55,046 nt of DNA from Clostridia bacterium (lineage in GTDB: Bacteria > Bacillota > Clostridia > Monoglobales > Firm-18): the NCBI GenBank assembly GCA_017646825.1, contig JAGCLT010000045.1, positions 1 through 55,046 of the forward strand, written 5' to 3'. A program made the translations under genes and the position numbers. Shown in pieces: positions 39,016 to 47,175 of this stretch. Under the pieces are notes generated by a model, which was not told where the DNA came from, searched no databases, and was given only the letters and a program-made list of their open reading frames with translations. Numbering within the stretch: the first letter of the stretch is position 1; each line of letters opens with the position of its first letter.

Positions 39016-39151
39016 AACAAACTTCACCTCTCGCTAAGTCGCAAGACTCGCTTTGGTTTAAGTTTTTATCAAACTTAAACTTATCGCTCGGTTGCTCCTT
39101 TCCCCCAAAAGTCTTGCGACTTTCGGGTAACCCCTGCGGGTTCAGTTTGTT
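39016..39151. other. G+C-rich imperfect palindrome: unassigned structured RNA or repeat element
   Basis: Three nested complementary pairs are present. AACAAACT 39016-39023 pairs with AGTTTGTT 39144-39151. AAGTCGCAAGACT 39036-39048 pairs with AGTCTTGCGACTT 39110-39122. GTTTAAGTTT 39056-39065 pairs with AAACTTAAAC 39071-39080. The right arm also carries a ~30-nt asymmetric bulge and a small AACCC/GGGTT hairpin. Confidence 0.5.
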
Positions 39152-39179
39152 CATTCTGCCTCTTTTTTTTCTATCCCCT

Positions 39180-39207
39180 TTGTTTTTTCTTTTATTTGTG
39201 TTATAAT
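39180..39207 (+). promoter_or_regulatory. Possible sigma-A promoter for pepD
   Basis: TTGTTT (39180-39185), 16-nt spacer, extended -10 TGtTATAAT (39199-39207). Confidence 0.4.
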
Positions 39208-39221
39208 AACATTGGAGGTGT

Positions 39222-40631
39222 ATGATATTGTATAAAGAAGTGTTTAAATATTTTGATGAAATATGTAAAATCCCTCACGGGTCATTTAATATGGATAAAA
39301 TAAGCAACTACTGTGTGGACTTTGCAAAGAAAAACGGTCTTAGATATGTTTGCGATGATGCAAAAAACGTAATAATATATAAAGATGGAGATAATGCCAA
39401 GACACCCGTAATTTTGCAGGGACATATTGATATGGTGTGCCAGAAAACTCCTGACAGCAATGTTGATTTTGAAACTGATGGCATTGAAGTTGTGATTGAT
39501 GGTGATTTTATAAAAGCCAACGGCACAACTTTAGGTGCTGATAACGGTATTGCAGTCGCTATGATTATGGCAATTTTAGCAAGTAAAGATTTATCACATC
39601 CTCCTATTGAAGCGGTGTTTACAACAAACGAAGAAGTAGGCATGCTTGGTGCAAGTGCCCTTGATGTCAGTCTTTTAAAAGGTAAAAGAATGATTAATCT
39701 TGATTCCGAGGAACAAGATGTTTTAACTGTTTCCTGTGCAGGAGGAAGTGATTTTAAAATTACAGTTCCAAAGACAACTGAGACTGTAAAAGGCACTAAA
39801 GTTGAAGTTACGGTAAAAGGGTTAAAAGGCGGTCATTCAGGGGTAGAAATTGACAAAGGCAGAGTTAATGCCAATATTTTAACTGCACGTATTTTAAATC
39901 ATTTAAAAGACTATTCTTTAATTGACATAAATGGCGGGGACAAGTCCAACGCCATTCCTGTAAGCAATACTTTTTCAGTAGTTGCAAAAAATCCCGAAAA
40001 ATTTGCAGAAGATATAAAAGAGTACGAAAAAATCATAAAGGCAGAAATTAAAGAAAGAGAACCTGACTTTACTATTGGTGTTGAAGTGCAGGAACAAGGA
40101 GAATTCCGTGTATTTGACAAGGAAACATCAGACAGAATTAAATATATGCTTTTGACTACACCTAATGGCATTACAGATATGAGCAAAGTTATACCAAACC
40201 TTGTTGAAACTTCGCTGAACTTAGGTGTTTTGAAAACTGAAGAAGATGTTATTTTTATGCAGTATGCACTTCGCAGTAACAAAAAAACTGCCCTTGATTT
40301 TCTTGAAGAAAGAATGGTTGTATTTGCAGAGTATAACTGTTGCAAGTGGGAGAAGTCAGGCAGATACCAACCCTGGGAATACAAAGAGAATTCTCCTCTT
40401 CGTGATTTATACAAAAAAGTGTATAAAGAAAAGTTTAATACCGAGCCCAAAGTTGAGGCAATTCACGCAGGTCTTGAGTGTGCGGTTTTCTCTTCGTCAA
40501 TTGAAGATTTAGACTGTATTGCAATAGGTCCTACTATGTTTGGTGTTCACACTGTAGAGGAAAAATTAAGCATTTCCTCAACAAAGGAAATATTTGAATT
40601 ATTATGCACTGTTCTTGAAAAATTATGTTGA
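39222..40631 (+). CDS. pepD: Aminoacyl-histidine (Xaa-His) dipeptidase, M20C family
   Basis: 469 aa. Motifs are FDEICKIPHGS, LQGHIDMV, GADNGIAVA, TTNEEVGM and a C-terminal HAGLECA. Confidence 0.9.
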   Translation: MILYKEVFKYFDEICKIPHGSFNMDKISNYCVDFAKKNGLRYVCDDAKNVIIYKDGDNAKTPVILQGHIDMVCQKTPDSNVDFETDGIEVVIDGDFIKANGTTLGADNGIAVAMIMAILASKDLSHPPIEAVFTTNEEVGMLGASALDVSLLKGKRMINLDSEEQDVLTVSCAGGSDFKITVPKTTETVKGTKVEVTVKGLKGGHSGVEIDKGRVNANILTARILNHLKDYSLIDINGGDKSNAIPVSNTFSVVAKNPEKFAEDIKEYEKIIKAEIKEREPDFTIGVEVQEQGEFRVFDKETSDRIKYMLLTTPNGITDMSKVIPNLVETSLNLGVLKTEEDVIFMQYALRSNKKTALDFLEERMVVFAEYNCCKWEKSGRYQPWEYKENSPLRDLYKKVYKEKFNTEPKVEAIHAGLECAVFSSSIEDLDCIAIGPTMFGVHTVEEKLSISSTKEIFELLCTVLEKLC

Positions 40632-40695
40632 ATTTTAATATAATTTATGATATTATAGTAGTATTATAAAATACTATATTTTTAAAGGAGTCATT

Positions 40696-42606
40696 ATGAG
40701 TAATAAAGATTTTAAACCCTATGTACCGGCAGAAAAAATAACTCCGGAATTAACAATTACATCAATCATTATGGGTATACTTTTAGCAGTGGTTTTTGGT
40801 GCGGCAAATGCTTACCTTGGACTTAGAGTAGGTATGACCGTATCTGCTTCAATTCCTGCGGCTGTTATTGCTATGGGCGTTATACGTGGTCTTATGCGTA
40901 AAAACTCAATTTTGGAAAGCAATATAGTACAAACTATCGGTTCTGCAGGTGAATCATTGGCAGCAGGTGCAATTTTCACATTACCTGCATTATTCCTGTG
41001 GGCTGCAGAGGGAAAAACAGCAAAACCTGAATTGCTTGAGATAACCTTAATCGCATTAATAGGCGGTTTGCTTGGCGTTTTCTTTATGGTGCCTTTAAGA
41101 AATGCACTGATTGTTAAAGAACACGGCGTATTGCCTTACCCCGAAGGAACAGCCTGTGCAGAAGTTTTACTGGCAGGGGAAGAAGGCGGTGCAAACGCAT
41201 CTACTGTTTTTGCAGGAATGGGCTTTGCTGCAATATTTAAGTTTATTATTGACGGAATTAAACTTGTATCAGGTGAAATATCTGCAAGTGTAAAAGGTTT
41301 TGCAGGTGAAATTGGTACACAGATTTACCCTGCAGTATTAAGTGTTGGTTATATCTGCGGAGCAAAAATTTCATCATATATGTTTGCCGGCGGTGTTTTA
41401 AGTTGGCTTGTATTGATTCCCGCTATTGTTTTATTTGGCGGAGACATTATTATGTACCCCGGTACTGCACCTATAAGCGAAATGTACGCTTCAGGCGGTG
41501 CAAGTGCAATCTGGAGTTCTTATATAAGATACATTGGTGCAGGTGCATTGGCAGCAGGAGGTATAATAAGTCTTATAAAGTCTTTACCTTTAATTGTAAA
41601 AACTTTTTCAGGTGCAATGAAAAGTATGTCAGGCAACAAGGTTACTGATAACAGCCGTACTTCAAAGGACTTGAATATGAAAGTCGTACTTTTGTCAATT
41701 GCAATTCTTACAGTACTTGTATGGCTTATTCCTGCAATCCCCGTTACATTTTTGGGTGCAGTAATTATAGTTGTATTTGGTTTCTTCTTTGCAACAGTAT
41801 CATCACGTATGGTAGGTTTAGTTGGAAGCAGTAACAACCCCGTATCAGGTATGGCAATTGCTACACTATTAATTGCAACTCTTATTTTAAAACTAACAGG
41901 AGCAACAGGTATTGCAGGTATGTGCAGTGCCATTGCAATCGGCTCTGTAATTTGTATTGTTTCTGCAATTGCAGGTGACACTTCACAAGACTTAAAGACT
42001 GGTTATCTGTTAGGTGCAACACCTAAAAAACAACAAATCGGTGAAATTATCGGTGTTGTTGCAGCGGCTCTTGCTATTGGCGGAACTTTGTATTTATTAG
42101 ACAACGCTTGGGGCTTTGGTACAGACCAACTTGCAGCACCTCAGGCAACACTTATGAAACTAATTATCGAAGGCGTTATGGAAGGAAATCTTCCATGGGG
42201 ACTTGTATTTATCGGCGTATTTATTGCAGTAGTTATTGAAGTGTTGGGTATCCCCGTACTGCCTTTTGCTATCGGTGTTTATTTGCCCGTTCAGTTAAAT
42301 GCTTGTATTATGGTGGGCGGTCTTGTAAGACTGTTACTTGATAAAATGAACAAACCTAAAGAACAAAAAGACAAAATGGTAAATGACGGAATTTTATTCT
42401 GTTCAGGTATGATTGCAGGTGAAGGTTTGGTAGGTATTTTACTTGCACTTCTTGCAGTATTCGGTATTGACAAGGTGTTTGATTTGTCTGCACGATTTGG
42501 TTTGTCACCTGCATTTATGAATATAGGCGGACTTGTACTGTTTGCAATAATAATACTCACTGTTTTAAAGTTCTCACTATGGAGAAAAAACAAAAATGAA
42601 AAATAA
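40696..42606 (+). CDS. OPT-family oligopeptide transporter
   Basis: 636 aa polytopic membrane protein. The N-terminus PELTITSIIMGILLAVVFGAANAYLGLRVGMTVSASIPAAVI is typical of bacterial OPT proteins. Confidence 0.9.
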   Translation: MSNKDFKPYVPAEKITPELTITSIIMGILLAVVFGAANAYLGLRVGMTVSASIPAAVIAMGVIRGLMRKNSILESNIVQTIGSAGESLAAGAIFTLPALFLWAAEGKTAKPELLEITLIALIGGLLGVFFMVPLRNALIVKEHGVLPYPEGTACAEVLLAGEEGGANASTVFAGMGFAAIFKFIIDGIKLVSGEISASVKGFAGEIGTQIYPAVLSVGYICGAKISSYMFAGGVLSWLVLIPAIVLFGGDIIMYPGTAPISEMYASGGASAIWSSYIRYIGAGALAAGGIISLIKSLPLIVKTFSGAMKSMSGNKVTDNSRTSKDLNMKVVLLSIAILTVLVWLIPAIPVTFLGAVIIVVFGFFFATVSSRMVGLVGSSNNPVSGMAIATLLIATLILKLTGATGIAGMCSAIAIGSVICIVSAIAGDTSQDLKTGYLLGATPKKQQIGEIIGVVAAALAIGGTLYLLDNAWGFGTDQLAAPQATLMKLIIEGVMEGNLPWGLVFIGVFIAVVIEVLGIPVLPFAIGVYLPVQLNACIMVGGLVRLLLDKMNKPKEQKDKMVNDGILFCSGMIAGEGLVGILLALLAVFGIDKVFDLSARFGLSPAFMNIGGLVLFAIIILTVLKFSLWRKNKNEK

Positions 42607-42931
42607 TGACAATTATTTGGAAAAGGTGCCCAAAAAGGCACAGCACATTTCCTGGTCAGTAAAAGATGATAAAGTAACATTGGAAATTGAAAACAAGGGA
42701 GTTTTTAACAGAATAGCCCAGGTGTTATTTAAAAAACCCAAAATCAGTTACGTTCATCTTGACGAAATGGGCAGTTTTTTGTGGCCGTTAATTGACGGCG
42801 AAAAAAATCTTATTGATTTGGGAAAATATGTTGAAATCCAGTTTGGGGACAAGGCACAGCCTTTGTATCCCAGACTTGCAAAATATTTTCAGATACTTGA
42901 CAGTTACAAATTTATAAGTTGGAATGAGTAG
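42596..42931 (+). CDS. PqqD-family (RRE-like) small protein
   Basis: 111 aa. The C-terminal half LDEMGSFLWPLIDGEKNLIDLGKYVEIQFGDKAQPLYPRLAKYFQILDSYKFISW follows the PqqD pattern. It overlaps the OPT gene stop by 11 nt. Confidence 0.5.
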   Translation: MKNNDNYLEKVPKKAQHISWSVKDDKVTLEIENKGVFNRIAQVLFKKPKISYVHLDEMGSFLWPLIDGEKNLIDLGKYVEIQFGDKAQPLYPRLAKYFQILDSYKFISWNE

Positions 42932-43883
42932 TACTATGAAAACTGTTTTTATTATCAATAAAAAGGCTGGTCAGAGGAAAGAAATTGAAAAGTTAATACG
43001 GAAAGTTCCCGAAACTGCCGAAGTGTATCTTACCAAAGCCAAAGGCGATGCAACACGTTTTATTAAAGAGTATTGCGAAAATTACGGTCCTGCAAGGTTT
43101 ATAGCCTGTGGGGGAGACGGTACAATAAACGAGGTTATAAACGGAGTTGTGAACTGTGACGGTGCAGAAGCAGGTGCAGTTCCTGTCGGTACCGGCAACG
43201 ACTTTGTGAGAAATTTTCCTGATTGTGATTTTTTTGACACCTCATTACAGATGTCTTGTGAAACTGAATCTGTTGACGCTATTTTCTACACTTCATACTT
43301 TCAGGGTGAAGAAAAATGCGGGTACGGTATTAATATGTTTAACATCGGCTTTGACTGTAATGTGGCAGACAAAAAAGAACAGATAAGTTATATCTGGGGA
43401 AAACTTGCCTATTTTGTTTCAATCTTTATCAATCTTATTGCTAAAAAAGGTGCGGATGTCAAAATTGAAATTGACGGTGAAATCATCCACAACGGCAGGT
43501 TGTTGCTTACATCTATGGCGAACGGTTGTTACTGCGGAGGCGGAATAAAAAGCAATCCCGCATCTGATATAAAAGACGGTTTAATCAATATAAATATAAT
43601 TAAAAATCTTTCCCGTATGCGGTTTATTTCATTATTGCCGAAATATATGAAAGGAACGCACACTGATTTAAAGAATATTGAAAAATATATTATATCAAAA
43701 AAGTGTAAAGAGATTATAGTTACGCCCCTTAACGGCAAAATGAATGTTTGTGTTGACGGGGAGATAATCAGTACACAAAAAATAAAGCTTGAGATAAAAC
43801 CAAAAGCATTTAAATTTGTAGTTCCAAAAAGGAAGGAGCACATACAGTATGACACGAAAACAAGCGAGAGACTTAGCGTTTAA
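42924..43883 (+). CDS. Diacylglycerol/lipid kinase family protein (YegS/BmrU type)
   Basis: 319 aa with the GGDGTINEV motif and GTGNDF. An alternative ATG lies at 42936. Confidence 0.8.
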   Translation: MSSTMKTVFIINKKAGQRKEIEKLIRKVPETAEVYLTKAKGDATRFIKEYCENYGPARFIACGGDGTINEVINGVVNCDGAEAGAVPVGTGNDFVRNFPDCDFFDTSLQMSCETESVDAIFYTSYFQGEEKCGYGINMFNIGFDCNVADKKEQISYIWGKLAYFVSIFINLIAKKGADVKIEIDGEIIHNGRLLLTSMANGCYCGGGIKSNPASDIKDGLININIIKNLSRMRFISLLPKYMKGTHTDLKNIEKYIISKKCKEIIVTPLNGKMNVCVDGEIISTQKIKLEIKPKAFKFVVPKRKEHIQYDTKTSERLSV

Positions 43884-44250
43884 ACTGCTATATCAGGCAG
43901 ATATGCAAAAAGAAACGGTTGAGGAAATTTTAAACATCTACAACTCACAAAAAGAATTAACTGATGAAAACGCAAAAAAATACATAGTTAATGCGATTTT
44001 TGGAGTTGAAATGAATTTAAAAGAAATAGACGATGAGATTTCAAAATATTCAAAAGACTGGTCTATTGACAGACTTTCAAAAATAACTCTTGCTGCACTA
44101 AGACTTGGAATATTTGAAATTAAGTATTGCGAGGATATACCAGATACCGTTGCAGCAAACGAAGCAGTTTCTCTTGTTAAAACCTATGAAGATGAAAAAA
44201 ATGCAGGTTTCGTTAACGGTATTCTGGCTTCTGTTATAGGGAGGAATTAA
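43849..44250 (+). CDS. nusB: Transcription antitermination factor NusB
   Basis: MTRKQARDLAFKLLYQ..., RLSKITLAALRLGIFE and NEAV.L.K. Confidence 0.92.
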   Translation: MTRKQARDLAFKLLYQADMQKETVEEILNIYNSQKELTDENAKKYIVNAIFGVEMNLKEIDDEISKYSKDWSIDRLSKITLAALRLGIFEIKYCEDIPDTVAANEAVSLVKTYEDEKNAGFVNGILASVIGRN

Positions 44251-44251
44251 A

Positions 44252-45427
44252 TTGACAGTTACAGTCAGTGCCCTTAATAAATACATTAAATCACTAATTG
44301 AAAATGATTTGAGTCTTATAAATATTTCTGTGAAAGGCGAACTGTCTAATTTTAAACGCCATTCTTCTGGACATTGTTATATGACTTTAAAAGACGAAAA
44401 TTCGGCTATTGCCGCAGTAATGTTTCGCGGAAGTGCCGATAAACTTCGTTTTCAGCCTGAAAACGGTATGAAAGTTATTGCAACAGGGCGTATATCTGTT
44501 TATGAACGTGACGGGCGATATCAGATTTATATTGACAGTATGCAGCCTGACGGTATTGGTGATTTGCACATTGCCTTTGAACAGTTAAAGGAGAAACTTC
44601 AAAGCGAGGGGTATTTTGACCAGTCACGGAAAAAACCGCTTCCGAAGTTTCCTAAAACTGTAGGCGTAGTGACATCTCCTACAGGGGCAGCTGTCCGTGA
44701 TATTGTAAACGTTATTTCAAGACGTTATCCTTTATGTGAGGTTTTGATTTGTCCCGTACTTGTGCAGGGAGAAAACGCTGCAAATCAGATTGCAAACGCT
44801 ATAGGATATATTAATCAGAATTCTCTTGCAGATGTTATTATAGTGGGCAGAGGGGGAGGCTCTCTTGAAGATTTATGGGCATTTAACGAATTGCCTGTGG
44901 CAATGGCGATTGTAGAGTCAGATATTCCCGTTATCTCTGCAGTAGGTCACGAAACGGACTTTTCAATATCTGATTTTGTTGCGGATTTACGTGCCCCAAC
45001 ACCATCAGCGGCGGCTGAACTTGCCGTTCCGTCTGTAGTGGAACTTTCTGCATCAATAAGCAAAAGTTACGGTTCTATGTTAAATGCGATTTTAAATAAT
45101 ATTAATTACAAACGTTCTGTATTATCACGCTTTGCAGTTAAGAGCCCTATGGATTATGTCCAGCAAAACAGAATAAGGCTTGACAACGCTGAAAAGCATC
45201 TTATAAATGCAGTTACGGCAAAATACAGCGAAAAGGCGAATAGTTTTTCTGTAAGCGTGGCAAAACTTAATTCCCTAAATCCTTTATCTGTTTTAACCAG
45301 AGGTTATGCGGTTGCATCGGGAGAAAAAGGAATAATTAAGTCGGTATCCGACATAAGTTCAGGAGACGTAATAGATTTAAGGCTATGTGACGGAAGCGCA
45401 AAATGCACGGTTAACGAAAGGGGATAA
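44252..45427 (+). CDS. xseA: Exodeoxyribonuclease VII large subunit
   Basis: SALNKYIKSLIE..., SGHCYMTLKD, GRGGGSLEDLW.FN and GHETDF. The TTG start follows GGGAGG. Confidence 0.93.
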   Translation: MTVTVSALNKYIKSLIENDLSLINISVKGELSNFKRHSSGHCYMTLKDENSAIAAVMFRGSADKLRFQPENGMKVIATGRISVYERDGRYQIYIDSMQPDGIGDLHIAFEQLKEKLQSEGYFDQSRKKPLPKFPKTVGVVTSPTGAAVRDIVNVISRRYPLCEVLICPVLVQGENAANQIANAIGYINQNSLADVIIVGRGGGSLEDLWAFNELPVAMAIVESDIPVISAVGHETDFSISDFVADLRAPTPSAAAELAVPSVVELSASISKSYGSMLNAILNNINYKRSVLSRFAVKSPMDYVQQNRIRLDNAEKHLINAVTAKYSEKANSFSVSVAKLNSLNPLSVLTRGYAVASGEKGIIKSVSDISSGDVIDLRLCDGSAKCTVNERG

Positions 45428-45429
45428 TT

Positions 45430-45651
45430 ATGGCTGATTTTGAAAAATCTATCAAAGAACTTGATGAAATAGTAAAAAAATTAGAGCAGGGAGACTTGCC
45501 TTTAGACGAAATGCTTGAACTTTTTGAAAAGGGTGTGGCGTTGTCTTCTGCATGTAACAAACTCCTTGACGAAGCGGAAAAGAAAATAAACATTCTTGTT
45601 AAAAAAGACGGCGAGATTGAAAAACAGGAATTTAAGGGATTAGATGAATAA
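45430..45651 (+). CDS. xseB: Exodeoxyribonuclease VII small subunit
   Basis: 73 aa. FEKSIKELDEIVKKLEQGDLPLDEMLELFEKGV.L...C. Confidence 0.9.
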   Translation: MADFEKSIKELDEIVKKLEQGDLPLDEMLELFEKGVALSSACNKLLDEAEKKINILVKKDGEIEKQEFKGLDE

Positions 45652-46508
45652 TGGATTTTTTAAATCAATTAAAAACTGATACTAAAATTGTTGAAGACTG
45701 GCTTTTTGAACTTTCACCCAAAGGTGACGGTTATCATAGCATAATTTTTGAAAGCGCCAATTATTCAATAAGTAACGGCGGAAAAAGAATAAGACCGATA
45801 CTTGCAATGGAAGTGTGTAAACTGTTTGGCGGAGACCTAGAAAATGTTAAACATTTTGCCTGTGCGTTAGAGTTTATTCACACATACTCATTAATTCACG
45901 ACGATTTGCCCTGTATGGACAATGACGATTTAAGGCGTGGAAAACCTACCAATCACAAGGTTTACGGTGATGCTATAGCGGTACTTGCAGGAGACGGTCT
46001 TTTAACTTATGCTTTTGAAACAGTTTTAAAATCACCTTGCCATAAAAGAGCAGAGGCAGGGCTTTGCCTTGCAAAACTGTCAGGTTTTGACGGCATGGTA
46101 GGCGGTCAGGTAATTGACATTAAAGGTGCAACGGACAAAGAAATGCTTATAGATTTACACAAAAGAAAAACCGGGGCGTTAATTTGTGCAGGTGCATACC
46201 TTGGTGCACTGTCTGCCGATGCAGCTCAAAAAGATATAGACAATGTAACACAGTTTGCTGAAAATCTTGGCCTTGCTTTTCAGATTAAAGACGATTTGTT
46301 AGACGTTTTAGGTGACGAAAAAACTCTTGGCAAACCGGTTGGAAGTGACATGGACAAACAAACATTCGTTGATTTTTACGGCATTGACAAAGCAACAGAA
46401 AAACTTAATGAAATAAGTGAAAAAGCAAAAGACATAATTTCCTGTTACGGAGATAAAAGTAAATTTTTAACAGAACTTACTGATTATTTAATTAACAGAA
46501 ATTATTGA
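45651..46508 (+). CDS. ispA: Farnesyl diphosphate synthase (polyprenyl synthetase)
   Basis: 285 aa. First DDxxD is LIHDDLPCMDNDDLRRG; second is FQIKDDLLD. Confidence 0.9.
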   Translation: MDFLNQLKTDTKIVEDWLFELSPKGDGYHSIIFESANYSISNGGKRIRPILAMEVCKLFGGDLENVKHFACALEFIHTYSLIHDDLPCMDNDDLRRGKPTNHKVYGDAIAVLAGDGLLTYAFETVLKSPCHKRAEAGLCLAKLSGFDGMVGGQVIDIKGATDKEMLIDLHKRKTGALICAGAYLGALSADAAQKDIDNVTQFAENLGLAFQIKDDLLDVLGDEKTLGKPVGSDMDKQTFVDFYGIDKATEKLNEISEKAKDIISCYGDKSKFLTELTDYLINRNY

Positions 46509-46510
46509 TA

Positions 46511-46539
46511 TAGACATTAAATATTTAATATGGTAAAAT
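46511..46539 (+). promoter_or_regulatory. Candidate dedicated promoter for the large ncRNA
   Basis: TAGACA (46511-46516), 17-nt spacer, extended -10 TGgTAAAAT (46531-46539). This would start transcription about at the 5' arm of the closing helix (46546). Confidence 0.5.
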
Positions 46540-46545
46540 AATATT

Positions 46546-47150
46546 ACAGTGGTGCAGTATCCTAGTCATATCCTGTAATTCCTAAGACGGGCCTAAAAAT
46601 CCGTAAAAGGGCACATCGATGAAGCTTGTGGTGTTTGCTTTCGACGCCCAGTCGGGGGCATATGCTGGAAGAAAGGACGTGGGGCGATCCACAATGGCAT
46701 GTGGGCGTTGACCCCTAATTCCGTGGAGACCTGATATTGTGCTTCAACATTACAGTTACGACATCTTCTGAGAAGTACGAGTCAGGATGAAACCTACTTT
46801 GCGGTGCGAAAGCGCTGTGGGTAGTGTAGCCTGCCGTGAGTGGAGACGAGTGGATAACAGAACAGACCGATTAGCGGTTGGCCGACTGCTTTTCGGTTAT
46901 AGCTGTTTGAAACCGTATCTGCAAAAGAGGCTAAGAATTATTTGGAATGTGGAGGAAAACTCCTAGGCTGTTTGAAATACAGGCGTACAATGGATTTCAG
47001 TGCAAACTAAGTGGTAATCCGCCAGCACCTATGGTAACAAGGTGACGCAAAACATAATGGGGAACCCCCTTTTCGGCGACGATCAGGTTGTTTTACGGAG
47101 AAATTCGGGCGGACCTAAGTTGCAAAGTTTACGTTGTACGCCACCACTGT
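46546..47150 (+). ncRNA. ole: OLE (ornate, large, extremophilic) RNA
   Basis: The ~605 nt span has no ORF of 60 aa or more in any frame. It is markedly more G+C-rich than its flanks: by hand count, lines 46621-46680 and 46801-46860 are 55% and 60% G+C, against 30% for 47221-47280. The terminal closing helix pairs ACAGTGGTG 46546-46554 with CACCACTGT 47142-47150. There are many local hairpins, for example a C-GAAA-G tetraloop stem at 46802-46817 and GGAG-GAAAA-CTCC at 46951-46963. The synteny nusB-xseA-xseB-ispA-RNA-small membrane protein-dxs-tlyA-nadK-argR-recN is the published genomic context of OLE RNA. Confidence 0.8.
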
Positions 47151-47175
47151 ATTTATTTTAATTAGAGGTATTTTC

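Noticed and set aside
38958-39206. 82-aa plus-strand ORF covering the terminator, the palindromic element and the pepD promoter.
   Set aside because: It starts inside a terminator stem and has no SD. It is F/L-rich because it reads through T-tracts, and it ends in the promoter. It is almost certainly non-coding; the region is treated instead as the unassigned palindromic element.
39308-40450. Two long minus-strand ORFs (162 and 179 aa) inside pepD.
   Set aside because: The plus-strand frame encodes an unmistakable M20C dipeptidase. The antisense translations are S/T/F-rich and motif-free.
40656-40683. AT-only hairpin TAGTATT-ATAA-AATACTA followed by TATTTTT after pepD, considered as a terminator.
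   Set aside because: A 7-bp stem with only one G-C pair would be very weak, and similar pseudo-palindromes are expected by chance in AT-rich spacers.
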